Of a stretch of 64,000 nt of DNA, positions 49,902-58,696 are shown one piece after another. The translations under genes and the position numbers were made by a program. Source of the DNA: Candidatus Latescibacterota bacterium (GTDB taxonomy: Bacteria > Latescibacterota > UBA2968 > GCA-2709665); contig CBDDDZ010000005.1 in the NCBI GenBank assembly GCA_965226795.1, positions 1,632,001 through 1,696,000 of the forward strand, read 5' to 3'. Numbering within the stretch: position 1 is the stretch's first letter; every line of letters begins with the position of its first letter. Below the pieces are notes generated by a model. It worked only from the letters and a program-made list of their open reading frames with translations. It was not told where the DNA came from and made no database searches.

Positions 49902-50707
49902 GCGATCGCCCTCCCTTCGTGCCCGGGGATTCGGTTCAGATCTCCCAGTTCTCCTGAACAAACCGCCTCTATGATTCGCGTGTCGCCGTCGAGCAGCCGA
50001 AGCGCCACCCAGCGGGCATTCGGGACGTTGGGAAATGCCGCCTCCAGCTGCGCCACGAGCATGCCGACGGCCTGCTTCAGCGCCGGCGGCTCGTTGCGGA
50101 TGCGCTGCGACCTGCAGACCGTCCGGCCAGTAGCCACGTCACTCAATACTCGGGTCAACTCTGGAATGCCCTCGCCGCGGCGGGCCGCCGATGGTACCAC
50201 AGGGACGCCAAGATCCCGTGCCAGTCGTCGTTCATCCACGGAAAGCCCATGACGTTTGGCCTCGTCCATCAGATTCAGACAAACCACCGCCCGGTCGGTT
50301 ATCTCCAGTACCTGCAGGACGAGGTTCAGATTCCGCTCCAGACGCGCGGCGTCGACCACGACCACCGTGACGTCCGGCCGGCCGAAAAGGATAAAATCCC
50401 GCGCCACCTCTTCGTCCAGACTGGTGGACAAAAGAGAATACGTTCCCGGAAGATCCACGAGCTTGTACCGATGGCCGTCGAATGCGAAACCGCCTTCCGC
50501 CCGCGCCACGGTCTTGCCCGGCCAGTTTCCGGTATGCTGCCGTAATCCCGTCAGGGCATTGAATACCGTACTTTTGCCTGTATTCGGATTTCCGGCCAGC
50601 GCCACCACAAAGTCCCAGTTTGCCATATTCACGCCGAGTTTGATCAGGTTGTCCGAATGATGGGAAGGACAAGCGTCGCAACCTCCGGCGGATGTCTGTG
50701 TTTCCAT
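49898..50707 (-). CDS. Stand-alone FeoB GTPase/GDI domain protein
   Basis: [31 protein letters not shown]-terminal CDACPSHH; no TM segments. Confidence 0.92.
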   Translation of the reverse strand: METQTSAGGCDACPSHHSDNLIKLGVNMANWDFVVALAGNPNTGKSTVFNALTGLRQHTGNWPGKTVARAEGGFAFDGHRYKLVDLPGTYSLLSTSLDEEVARDFILFGRPDVTVVVVDAARLERNLNLVLQVLEITDRAVVCLNLMDEAKRHGLSVDERRLARDLGVPVVPSAARRGEGIPELTRVLSDVATGRTVCRSQRIRNEPPALKQAVGMLVAQLEAAFPNVPNARWVALRLLDGDTRIIEAVCSGELGDLNRIPGHEGRAIA

Positions 50708-50759
50708 TTTAGATCCTTTGTCCAATCCTGCGTGTGAGAGAAAAGGAGGTGACTGCCCA

Positions 50760-51785
50760 TCACTCCCCGAGTTGAACTTGAATCTGGACCTGACTTGCCT
50801 GTTCCCTTCGAAGCGCAATGGTGGAACCGCGTATCCGATATGCGGTGGGATCGCCTGAAGGGCTGCGCATCTCCACCTCGATAAGGGTACCTGGCAGGAT
50901 GCCCAGATCCATCAGCCGGCGCCGTTCCAGACCGCGGCAGGATCTGGAGAGCTGCACGACCCGGCCAATTTCGCCCTGTTTGAGTCCGGACAGCATTTCG
51001 TCGGACGCTTCGGCCACCGATCCGTTGGATACTGCCGCGACCGAAATATGGTCGGCCAGCAACGGGGCGAGTACATGATCTTCTCCATCCGCCCAGAAAC
51101 GCACACGTTGCGGAAGGACCTCGATCAGCTCGATCCGCATCCCCACGTGGAGACCTTCCGCCGCCAACTGCGCATAAACCGGCTCCGGCTCGTCTTCAAT
51201 ATGCACAATTACCGCGGCAACACCAGCCGGGTGATCCGTGAGATGCGTTCCCCGTCTGGGCGCGATATCTCCGGCCTCGGTGGGTATTGGATCCCCGTGC
51301 GGGTCGTAAACGGGATACCCCATCTGCCGGTCCAGCAGTTCCACCTCCTCGGAAGACATATCGTGCTCCCGACGTTCCGCCTCGCTGTGCCACTCCGCCT
51401 CCGCCACACCGGTCTCTTCGGCCAGATAGTGCTCCCAAAGCCGGTGAAATCTCAGTATGCGAAGCGCGTAATCCCGGCCCTGCATTGTAAGTCTGACGCT
51501 GCCCCCGTCGGAAGCTGTCAGTCCACGAACACCCGCACGTACCAGCAAGTCAGACGCGCGGCTGCGTGGAATCCCCAGCGCCCCCGAAAGGCTTTCCACC
51601 GTTGCGACCTGTTGTTGATATTCGCAGTTATAGATATGCTTGAGCAGATCTTCCGTCAGCACGCGTTCGGTCAGTCGTCGGGCTTGCCGCCAGCGCCAGA
51701 AATAACCCGAGTCCGGCCGGAACAGAAGCCACACAATTGCCAGAATCACGCCTGTGCCGAGCAGCGCCTGAAAGGGTTCAATCAT
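50760..51785 (-). CDS. Membrane-anchored DtxR-family protein with two FeoA domains
   Basis: N-terminal TM; EDLLKHIY; HRLWEHYL; HSEAERREH; DPHGDPIP; SH3-like domain; second FeoA (RRRLMDLGILPG...SPSGDP...IALRREQA). Confidence 0.88.
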   Translation of the reverse strand: MIEPFQALLGTGVILAIVWLLFRPDSGYFWRWRQARRLTERVLTEDLLKHIYNCEYQQQVATVESLSGALGIPRSRASDLLVRAGVRGLTASDGGSVRLTMQGRDYALRILRFHRLWEHYLAEETGVAEAEWHSEAERREHDMSSEEVELLDRQMGYPVYDPHGDPIPTEAGDIAPRRGTHLTDHPAGVAAVIVHIEDEPEPVYAQLAAEGLHVGMRIELIEVLPQRVRFWADGEDHVLAPLLADHISVAAVSNGSVAEASDEMLSGLKQGEIGRVVQLSRSCRGLERRRLMDLGILPGTLIEVEMRSPSGDPTAYRIRGSTIALRREQASQVQIQVQLGE

Positions 51786-51830
51786 TTCACTTTCCTTTCA
51801 CCAAGCCTGGTTTCATAAAGAAAAATAATT

Positions 51831-51874
51831 AATTAGCCGCATCTAAATATAAAATAACAAACCGGCATTGTCAA
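51831..51874 (-). promoter_or_regulatory. Sigma-70 promoter with an overlapping candidate DtxR/MntR operator
   Basis: TTGACA(51869-74)-N17-TATATT(51846-51); palindrome AATTAG-CCGCAT-CTAAAT at 51831-51848. Confidence 0.7.
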
Positions 51875-52259
51875 GTAACAACGTCTCTGGCAGAGCCGGT
51901 GTTACCAAAACAAACGTCTCGGAAAGACCCGCATATTACTCACCGGACGTTGTTTGCGTACATCGACGCTTCACCTCCGGGCTGAAACAGAAAAGTCGCC
52001 TGACCTACCGGAGCCGGGCGATTTCGTCAAGAAATACGGCGCGTTTTGCCGATGACGCTTGAATTCCGACGTACCGACCCTGGGCGATGTGTTGTCATCG
52101 CGCCAAAAAGGGTCAAGTTCCCTGGCTTAAATGGACACGACACGCGGATCACGACATGAACCGGGCATCCTCCCTCCGGCAGACGTTATACGCACTCGGA
52201 TAACAACCGGAGTGGAAATTCCATCGACCCACTTGGTGATCCGACGACGCCTTCTACCG

Positions 52260-52736
52260 TTACCGATCCACAGTTTCCTTCTCGTATTCCCTTTCGCCGA
52301 AGAACCGCAGCACTTCCATGAACCGATCGGGCGTATGAAATCCCGGCATCTTGTAAAGCAGTGTTCCGTCCGGCTCCAGGAACAACACCGTGGGAAACGC
52401 ACTTACGTTATAAATTCTTGCCAGATCCGCGTAACTCAGATCGTGACCGATAAACGACAGTCGCGACCCGGTATCTTCGGCATCCAACTTGATGGGTATG
52501 AATTTCGATGCCAGGTACTTGCGGATTTCCTGCCTTGAAAACACCTGACGATCCTGCCTTTCGCACCACCCGCACCATGTGGTATAGACACCAACCATAA
52601 TCAGCTTCTGACCACCCGCCGCCTTCCGGATCCCATCTCTGGCATTGTACCACCTGAATGATTCTTCCTGCTTCGCCGCAGCGAGTCCGGCAAACAGGAA
52701 CACACACCATAGAGTCAATTTGACGACTCGTATCAT
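52260..52736 (-). CDS. Exported thioredoxin-fold protein (SoxW/DUF255-like)
   Basis: Signal peptide; WCGWC; cis-Pro motif AFPT. Confidence 0.88.
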   Translation of the reverse strand: MIRVVKLTLWCVFLFAGLAAAKQEESFRWYNARDGIRKAAGGQKLIMVGVYTTWCGWCERQDRQVFSRQEIRKYLASKFIPIKLDAEDTGSRLSFIGHDLSYADLARIYNVSAFPTVLFLEPDGTLLYKMPGFHTPDRFMEVLRFFGEREYEKETVDR

Positions 52737-53114
52737 ACCGAAAACTCCCTCGGGCGGACCACATTGGGCCGTCTATAGTCCCTTTCCGCGAAATCGAGAT
52801 TCAATTCCTTTACATTCATCAATGGCCGTCAAGTTACCCATTTCGTATTCCCCGGGCAACGTCGAATTCTTCCGGTGTTGCCGGCTGGCAAGACTAAAAA
52901 TACGTTGCGTATACCCGACGATGGTCAGATATTCCCATAAAATCGCCGGTCCATCTCACCCCTGGGGCCGCCAAGGTGCAGTTCCAGACTGTGTCGGCCA
53001 CGGGATAGCGAATCCGCCGATTCGTCCGCAAAGGAGTGAACGCGACGCATACCTGAATCCCGACGCGGAAACCCTCACAGATCAGCCAGGCCACAATAAC
53101 CCGAGGTTACGTCC

Positions 53115-54221
53115 ATGAAACAGATCAGGTCCGGCATCTTCATCATGCCGTTCCACCCGCCGGGCAAAACACTCAGCCAATGCCATGATGAAGACATGGA
53201 ACTTGTTATTCGCGCCGACGAATTGGGGATCGACGAATTCTGGATCGGCGAGCATCACACCATGGTCTACGAAAACGTCGCGATGCCCGAGATATTCATC
53301 GGGGCGGCATTGCGCGAAACCAGAGATATTCGGCTGGGTCCCGCGCCGGTGTGTCTGCAGCAACACCACCCGGCACTCGTTGCAACCCGGCTGTCTTTCC
53401 TGGATCACCTGTCCAAAGGGCGGCTCAACCTTTGCTTTGGACCCGGGAGCGTACCGACCGACATGGAGATCCTCGGTGTCGACCCGCAGGACAGCGCAGC
53501 GATGGTCGCCGAGTCCATCGAAATGATTCTGACACTATGGTTGACTGACCCGCCTTACGATATCAAGGGCCGGTTCTGGCAGATCAGGATGGATCGCACC
53601 ATCGACCCGGAGGTCGGCCTCGGAGTAATCCACAAGCCCTTCCAACAACCACATCCGCCTGTCTCGATGCCCATCTCCTCGATGAACTCGGCAACGGCCC
53701 GGGAGGCGGGAAGGCGCGGCTTTCAGCCGTTCGGCCACAGCCTGATTCCATCCAACGTATTGGCGAACATCTGGACGACCTATGAGCAGGCCGCATTGGC
53801 GGCGGGCCACCGGCCCGACCGGTCGGACTACAAGATCGCTCGGGCGATTTTCCTGGCTGACACCACCGAAGAGGCCCTCAGGCGCGCAAAGTCAAACACG
53901 GTCGCAGCCAATTTCGAATACATCGGTACCCTGCTCAAACGCGGTGGCCGTGGCATTGGCATGTTTAAACGCGACCCGGATATGCCCGACGCGGATTGCG
54001 ATTTGGATTACCTGATGGGTGAGCAGATCATCGCGGGAGATGTGGACACGGTGCTCGAACGTCTCGAGACCATACGGGCTGAAGTAGGTGACTTCGGCAC
54101 GCTTGTCATGATGTCTTACGATTGGGACGACAAGGATAGCTGGCTGCGCAGCCTGGAACTCTTCGCCAGAGAATTGATGCCGGCATTGAACCGGGTGCCG
54201 CCCACCGAGCAGGTGGCTTGA
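53115..54221 (+). CDS. Luciferase-like (LLM) flavin-dependent monooxygenase
   Basis: ADELGIDEFWIGEHH, LDHLSKGR, KPFQQPHPP, ELFARELMP. Confidence 0.92.
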   Translation: MKQIRSGIFIMPFHPPGKTLSQCHDEDMELVIRADELGIDEFWIGEHHTMVYENVAMPEIFIGAALRETRDIRLGPAPVCLQQHHPALVATRLSFLDHLSKGRLNLCFGPGSVPTDMEILGVDPQDSAAMVAESIEMILTLWLTDPPYDIKGRFWQIRMDRTIDPEVGLGVIHKPFQQPHPPVSMPISSMNSATAREAGRRGFQPFGHSLIPSNVLANIWTTYEQAALAAGHRPDRSDYKIARAIFLADTTEEALRRAKSNTVAANFEYIGTLLKRGGRGIGMFKRDPDMPDADCDLDYLMGEQIIAGDVDTVLERLETIRAEVGDFGTLVMMSYDWDDKDSWLRSLELFARELMPALNRVPPTEQVA

Positions 54222-54392
54222 TCTCCAACCCTTTTCGGCGGGACGGTTTTTCACCGGTGTCAGGTCTCCAACCCCGGGGCGCGAGCGATGCCTGCACCGT
54301 CCAGACTGCTTGATCTCGTTAAAAAAGGCGATGCCGGGAACGGCATCGCCTTTTTCTGCGCAGAGCTCGCATTGAAATTTCAGGCCAGCAGT

Positions 54393-54959
54393 TTACTCCA
54401 TTGTTTTCGCCGCGTTAATGGGGAATTCCTTTTCGAACCTCTGCCTGTATTTCTTATCCCACCCGTCGAGAGATTCGCGAAGTGCCGAAACCATCTGTGG
54501 TTCCACCAGAAGCAGATCTTTCATTTTCGTGGGAAACTGCCGACCGCCGGGATAAAAACTCCCGTCAGTAACCAATTCCTGAAGAAAGGGGTAACCTGCG
54601 ACCAACTCACCGGGCGAAGGATCCAGCGGTGTGACGCGGGTGTGTACCTTTAGCCCCATATAGGTCAGGTGGCTGAACCCCATCCGGAACCGGACATGGG
54701 CACCCACCTTGTTCATTCGCACCGTGTGGCCCGCATACAATTCGTTCAAGCGCGCTGCCAGCAGCTGCCAGCCTTGCTGGAATTCGTTCATCGGCATAGC
54801 CTTTTCACCGGAGAACGCCGCTTCACGGTCTTTGGCAAGTCTCTTGGCCATGGAAAGGGATTTGTCATCCAGCTTTTTGGTTTCGGCATCTACGGAAGGT
54901 GCCTGGCACACCGACAGACAGATGAAGAAACCGACCGAAGTGGTGAGAACAAAACGCAC
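54393..54959 (-). CDS. Exported hypothetical protein
   Basis: GTG start with purine-rich SD; hydrophobic N-terminus; no recognisable motif. Confidence 0.6.
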   Translation of the reverse strand: MRFVLTTSVGFFICLSVCQAPSVDAETKKLDDKSLSMAKRLAKDREAAFSGEKAMPMNEFQQGWQLLAARLNELYAGHTVRMNKVGAHVRFRMGFSHLTYMGLKVHTRVTPLDPSPGELVAGYPFLQELVTDGSFYPGGRQFPTKMKDLLLVEPQMVSALRESLDGWDKKYRQRFEKEFPINAAKTME

Positions 54960-55128
54960 TATCGTCTCCCCCCTTTTTAAGTAAACGAACGCGCGATATC
55001 CCTTTCCTGGAAAGGGCATACCAATTCATTCGGCAACAAGTAATGTGCTACGATTTCGGATATTGAATAGACAGACGAGATTAAAAAATTCTGTACGATT
55101 ACGCAAGCTTTTTCTCGCACACCCTCAG

Positions 55129-55164
55129 AAAAACCCGCGCCCCCTACGCTTCGGGGTCCGCGGG
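55129..55164 (-). terminator. Terminator of the feoAB operon
   Basis: CCCGCG...CGCGGG GC-rich stem followed by TTTTT. Confidence 0.7.
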
Positions 55165-55189
55165 CGGTGGCATCGGACTTGAACTTTGT

Positions 55190-55363
55190 TCAGGCCGGAG
55201 GCGGCGTTTCTATGTCGAGGAGAGATTTATTGGACGCGCCACGGCGGCCCCCACAGGAGGCGCAACCGCCTGATCCCGCCAGGAAGGGACTGACAAACAT
55301 CCAGACAGCCCAGATACCACAGGCGAAAGCGACAACGGCTGCCACCACCGACTGCCAGTCCAT
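55190..55363 (-). CDS. FeoB-associated Cys-rich membrane protein
   Basis: MDWQSVVAAVV... one TM segment then GGCASCG; starts 1 nt after the feoB stop. Confidence 0.85.
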   Translation of the reverse strand: MDWQSVVAAVVAFACGIWAVWMFVSPFLAGSGGCASCGGRRGASNKSLLDIETPPPA

Positions 55364-55364
55364 T

Positions 55365-57599
55365 CTAACCGCCCCATCCCAGAGCCATGGTGCCCTGATA
55401 AGTAGCAAGTGCACCGACATAGGCCAATATAGTCATATAGCCAAACGTCAGAATCGCCCATCTCCAGGACTGCGTCTCCCGGCGGATGACGGCCAACGTC
55501 GATACGCACTGAGCACACAGCGCGAAAAAGACCATCACGGAGAGCGCCACGGGGATATTGAACACGGGGCTTCCATCCTCCCGGGTTGCATTTCGGAGCG
55601 CGCTTCGGAGGTCTTCCGAGGATTCGTCCGCATCGCCTCCAATGCTGTAAATTGTACCAAGCGTGGCGACAATTACCTCACGTGCGGGAAATGATGCGAG
55701 CGCGGCCATCCCGATGCGCCAATCCCAGCCCAGGGGCCTGACCGCAGGTTCTATCCAATGCCCGGCCCGGCCCAGATAACTTTCGTTCAGGAGTTCTGTG
55801 GCCATGCGCGCGTCCAGACCTGCAAACGCCGCCTGCAAGTCTTCGCCCGAGAGCGCCGCCGCAGCCGTCTGCCGACGGCGTTCGTATTCCGCAACCGTAT
55901 CTGCCGACCTGGGAAAATAGGCCAGCGCCCACATCACTATGGTTGCAGCAAGAATGATACTTCCTGCGCGCACAAGGAAAGCCCGGGAACTTTGATAGAC
56001 CGTCAGGCCGACCGTCCGTTTGTCCGGGACCTTGTACGAAGGGAATTCCAGAATGAAAGCCGGTGTTTCCCCTCTCAACAGAGTCTTCTTTAATAACCAC
56101 GCCACGGGAACGGCCACCGCCGCGCCCACGCAATACATCGCAAAAAGCGTCAGCCCCTGCAGACCAACCCATTCGCCCAGAATCGGTTTCGCGGGGATTA
56201 AAGCACCAATCAGGATGGTGTAAACCGGTAAGCGTGCAGAACAACTCATCAGCGGCGCCACCAGGATGGTTACCAGCCGATTCCGGCGATCTTGGATAGT
56301 TCGAGTTGCCATAATTCCCGGTACGGCGCACGCAAAGCTGGACAACATCGGGATAAAGGACTGGCCGGACAGACCGCACTTTGTCAGAAGCCTGTCCATC
56401 AACAGGGCCGCCCGGGCCATATAACCACAATCTTCCAGAATGGCGATAAAGAAAAAGAGGACTGCGATCTGAGGAAGAAAAATTACGACACTCCCGACGC
56501 CCGCAATGACGCCGTCTTGAACCAGGCTCTTCAGCGCCCCGTCTGGAAACCACGTACCCACCCACCCGGACAACGCGGAAAAAAGACCGTCGACCAGGTC
56601 CATCAGTGGACCGGCCCACGCATAGATGGCCTGGAATACCGCGCCCATTATAGCGACGAAGAAGAGCGTGCCCCATATCCTGTGCGTCAGCACCCGGTCA
56701 ATGCGGTCCGAAGGCGTCTTCTGGAGGCGCTCTGGCTGCGATACGCTTTCCGCGAGCACCTGCTTGATCCAGTTGTAGCGAACCTCCGATTCCAGAGCGG
56801 ATAACCCTGAAACCGCCGAAAACCGGCCCCGGGCCTCCACGAGTTTTACACGTAAATTCTCCCCGTGTGCCTCAATCAATCGGCGCTCCGCGTAACCGCC
56901 TTCGTCGACGATCGCCCGGAATGCCTCCGCGCGACACGCGGAGGAACTCTGACCATTGTACGACCGTAACAACGCCGCGATTACATCGACGGCCGCAGGA
57001 AATCCCTTTGGAAATTCAGGCAGAAGCGAAGCAGCCTTACGCCTCTCGCTGCGCAGCACCCCTCCCAATTCCCGGCGCAGGTCTCCCAACCCTCGTTTTC
57101 GATTCGCGCGAACCCTAACAACCGGTGCCCCCAGGCACCGGGAGAGCACGTCGACGTTTATTTGAATGCCACGGGTGTCCGCCACATCCGTCATATTCAG
57201 CGCGATTACCGTCGGAAGGCCAAATTCGAGCACCTGTGAGACCAGGTAAAGATTCCGGTAGAGATTGGAGGCGTCTACGATCGCCAGGACCGCGTCTACC
57301 TTACGTACGCCAAGCAGCCGTCCCAGCATTACGTCGGCGACGATCATCTCATCGGGAGCATTTGCGGCCAAGCTGTAGGTCCCCGGAAGATCGATGAGGT
57401 CCACCGATATTCCGTCGGACAGACTCAGCCGCCCAACCTTTCGCTCAACCGTGACACCGGGATAATTTCCGACATGTTGAAAAAGACCGGTAAGACCATT
57501 GAATAGCGTGGTCTTACCGGTATTGGGATTGCCCAGGAGGGCGATGGTATTCGGTTGTTTTACTCCGGTGTACGGTTCCCGGGACAACTCCGTGGCCAT
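55365..57599 (-). CDS. feoB: Ferrous iron transporter FeoB (full length)
   Basis: GNPNTGKT, DLPG, NMTD; LEDCGYMAR, SFACAVP, CSARLP, AREV, CAQC. Confidence 0.96.
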   Translation of the reverse strand: MATELSREPYTGVKQPNTIALLGNPNTGKTTLFNGLTGLFQHVGNYPGVTVERKVGRLSLSDGISVDLIDLPGTYSLAANAPDEMIVADVMLGRLLGVRKVDAVLAIVDASNLYRNLYLVSQVLEFGLPTVIALNMTDVADTRGIQINVDVLSRCLGAPVVRVRANRKRGLGDLRRELGGVLRSERRKAASLLPEFPKGFPAAVDVIAALLRSYNGQSSSACRAEAFRAIVDEGGYAERRLIEAHGENLRVKLVEARGRFSAVSGLSALESEVRYNWIKQVLAESVSQPERLQKTPSDRIDRVLTHRIWGTLFFVAIMGAVFQAIYAWAGPLMDLVDGLFSALSGWVGTWFPDGALKSLVQDGVIAGVGSVVIFLPQIAVLFFFIAILEDCGYMARAALLMDRLLTKCGLSGQSFIPMLSSFACAVPGIMATRTIQDRRNRLVTILVAPLMSCSARLPVYTILIGALIPAKPILGEWVGLQGLTLFAMYCVGAAVAVPVAWLLKKTLLRGETPAFILEFPSYKVPDKRTVGLTVYQSSRAFLVRAGSIILAATIVMWALAYFPRSADTVAEYERRRQTAAAALSGEDLQAAFAGLDARMATELLNESYLGRAGHWIEPAVRPLGWDWRIGMAALASFPAREVIVATLGTIYSIGGDADESSEDLRSALRNATREDGSPVFNIPVALSVMVFFALCAQCVSTLAVIRRETQSWRWAILTFGYMTILAYVGALATYQGTMALGWGG

Positions 57600-57602
57600 G
57601 CC

Positions 57603-57914
57603 TCAAACCTCAATAGAGATCGGACTGAGCCTCACGGCAGCCGCATCCCGCATCCGCAAACAGAACCGGGCGTCTTCCACCTGCACGACCAACCTAGCGC
57701 CGCCACGAAGCATCCGAACCCTTACTCCCGGACAAACACCCAGTTCCCGCAACCGCGAGGCCAGAGGCGAATTCCCCTCAACCGATTCGACCGTGCCTTC
57801 GTCGCCTTCATTCAGGCCGGCAAGGGAGCCCCGATATAAACTCTGCAACCGGGTTTTACGGCCGGGCCGCCACCAGATATGGCGACCTGCCAGGTGCACC
57901 AGACGCGCCACCAT
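57603..57914 (-). CDS. feoA: FeoA
   Basis: SLAGLNEG...SRLRELGVCPG...FCLR; directly upstream of feoB. Confidence 0.88.
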   Translation of the reverse strand: MVARLVHLAGRHIWWRPGRKTRLQSLYRGSLAGLNEGDEGTVESVEGNSPLASRLRELGVCPGVRVRMLRGGARLVVQVEDARFCLRMRDAAAVRLSPISIEV

Positions 57915-57944
57915 TGCATTGTCCCTTTTCGTCGAAGTTTTGGA

Positions 57945-58475
57945 TCAGCTCTCCGGTCCGGCCCGCAGGAGACACTCGTCTTCGCAGATCGGACAATCGG
58001 CCAGGTCGTGACAAAAATCGCTGGTTTGCCAGAACGCGTTCAGAAACTCACGGGCCTCCGGCGTATCCGCGAGCAGAAATCTGACAAAATTCAGCAATTT
58101 CTCGCTTGTTTCCTGGCTCAGCAGGTGTTCCACCTTGCACGCGTCGATTTCCGACTGATGGCCTTCTACGTGCAGCACGTCCTTCAGAAACTTGCGAACG
58201 ATGGCGCGTTTGGCAAGTACCAGATCGACCAATCGCTCCCCTCTGTCTGAAAGTCGCACGAATTTGTTATGATCTTCCAGAACGAACTGCTTCTGTCGGA
58301 GCGCCTTTAATGTCAAGGACGCGCTGCCCCGCGTAATGTCCAGAAATCGTGCAACATCCGAGACACGCGCGTATCCATGCTGGTCCTTAAGCTCTCTGAT
58401 TGCGGCAAGGTGATGAGCGACGCTATGCGTGATCTCATTCTCCTCGAACGCTTTCCATACATCGGAAGATGCCAC
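57945..58475 (-). CDS. DtxR-family regulator with a Cys-rich tail
   Basis: GYARVSDVA, DACKVEH; tail CHDLADCPICEDEC. Confidence 0.88.
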   Translation of the reverse strand: MASSDVWKAFEENEITHSVAHHLAAIRELKDQHGYARVSDVARFLDITRGSASLTLKALRQKQFVLEDHNKFVRLSDRGERLVDLVLAKRAIVRKFLKDVLHVEGHQSEIDACKVEHLLSQETSEKLLNFVRFLLADTPEAREFLNAFWQTSDFCHDLADCPICEDECLLRAGPES

Positions 58476-58515
58476 CTGGCCTCCCTTACGCCGTCAGGCG
58501 CCTGAACCAGTCAAA

Positions 58516-58572
58516 TGTTTTACAAACAAAACAACCGTTAGAAACTTAAACAATATACGGGCATCATGTCAA
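58516..58572 (-). promoter_or_regulatory. Candidate operator and -35 element for the regulator-feoAB operon
   Basis: TGTTTT-ACAAAC-AAAACA at 58516-58533; TTGACA at 58567-58572. Confidence 0.5.
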
Positions 58573-58611
58573 GCGAAATTTGCCGAAAACCGCGGGGCCG
58601 TGGGGACGCGC

Positions 58612-58640
58612 TTGACTTTTCCGCCCCATTTTCGTATACC
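58612..58640 (+). promoter_or_regulatory. Sigma-70 promoter for the UxaA-like gene
   Basis: TTGACT-N17-TATACC. Confidence 0.55.
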
Positions 58641-58696
58641 TCACGGACCTGTCCCGCCACCACACCGCCCGGAAACGCTCCTCAAGGAGCCCGTCA

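Noticed and set aside
51880..52255. yybP-ykoY Mn riboswitch or a small gene upstream of the split-Feo operon
   Set aside because: No GGGGAGTAGC-type motif, the promoter lies downstream of this region, and there is no credible ORF.
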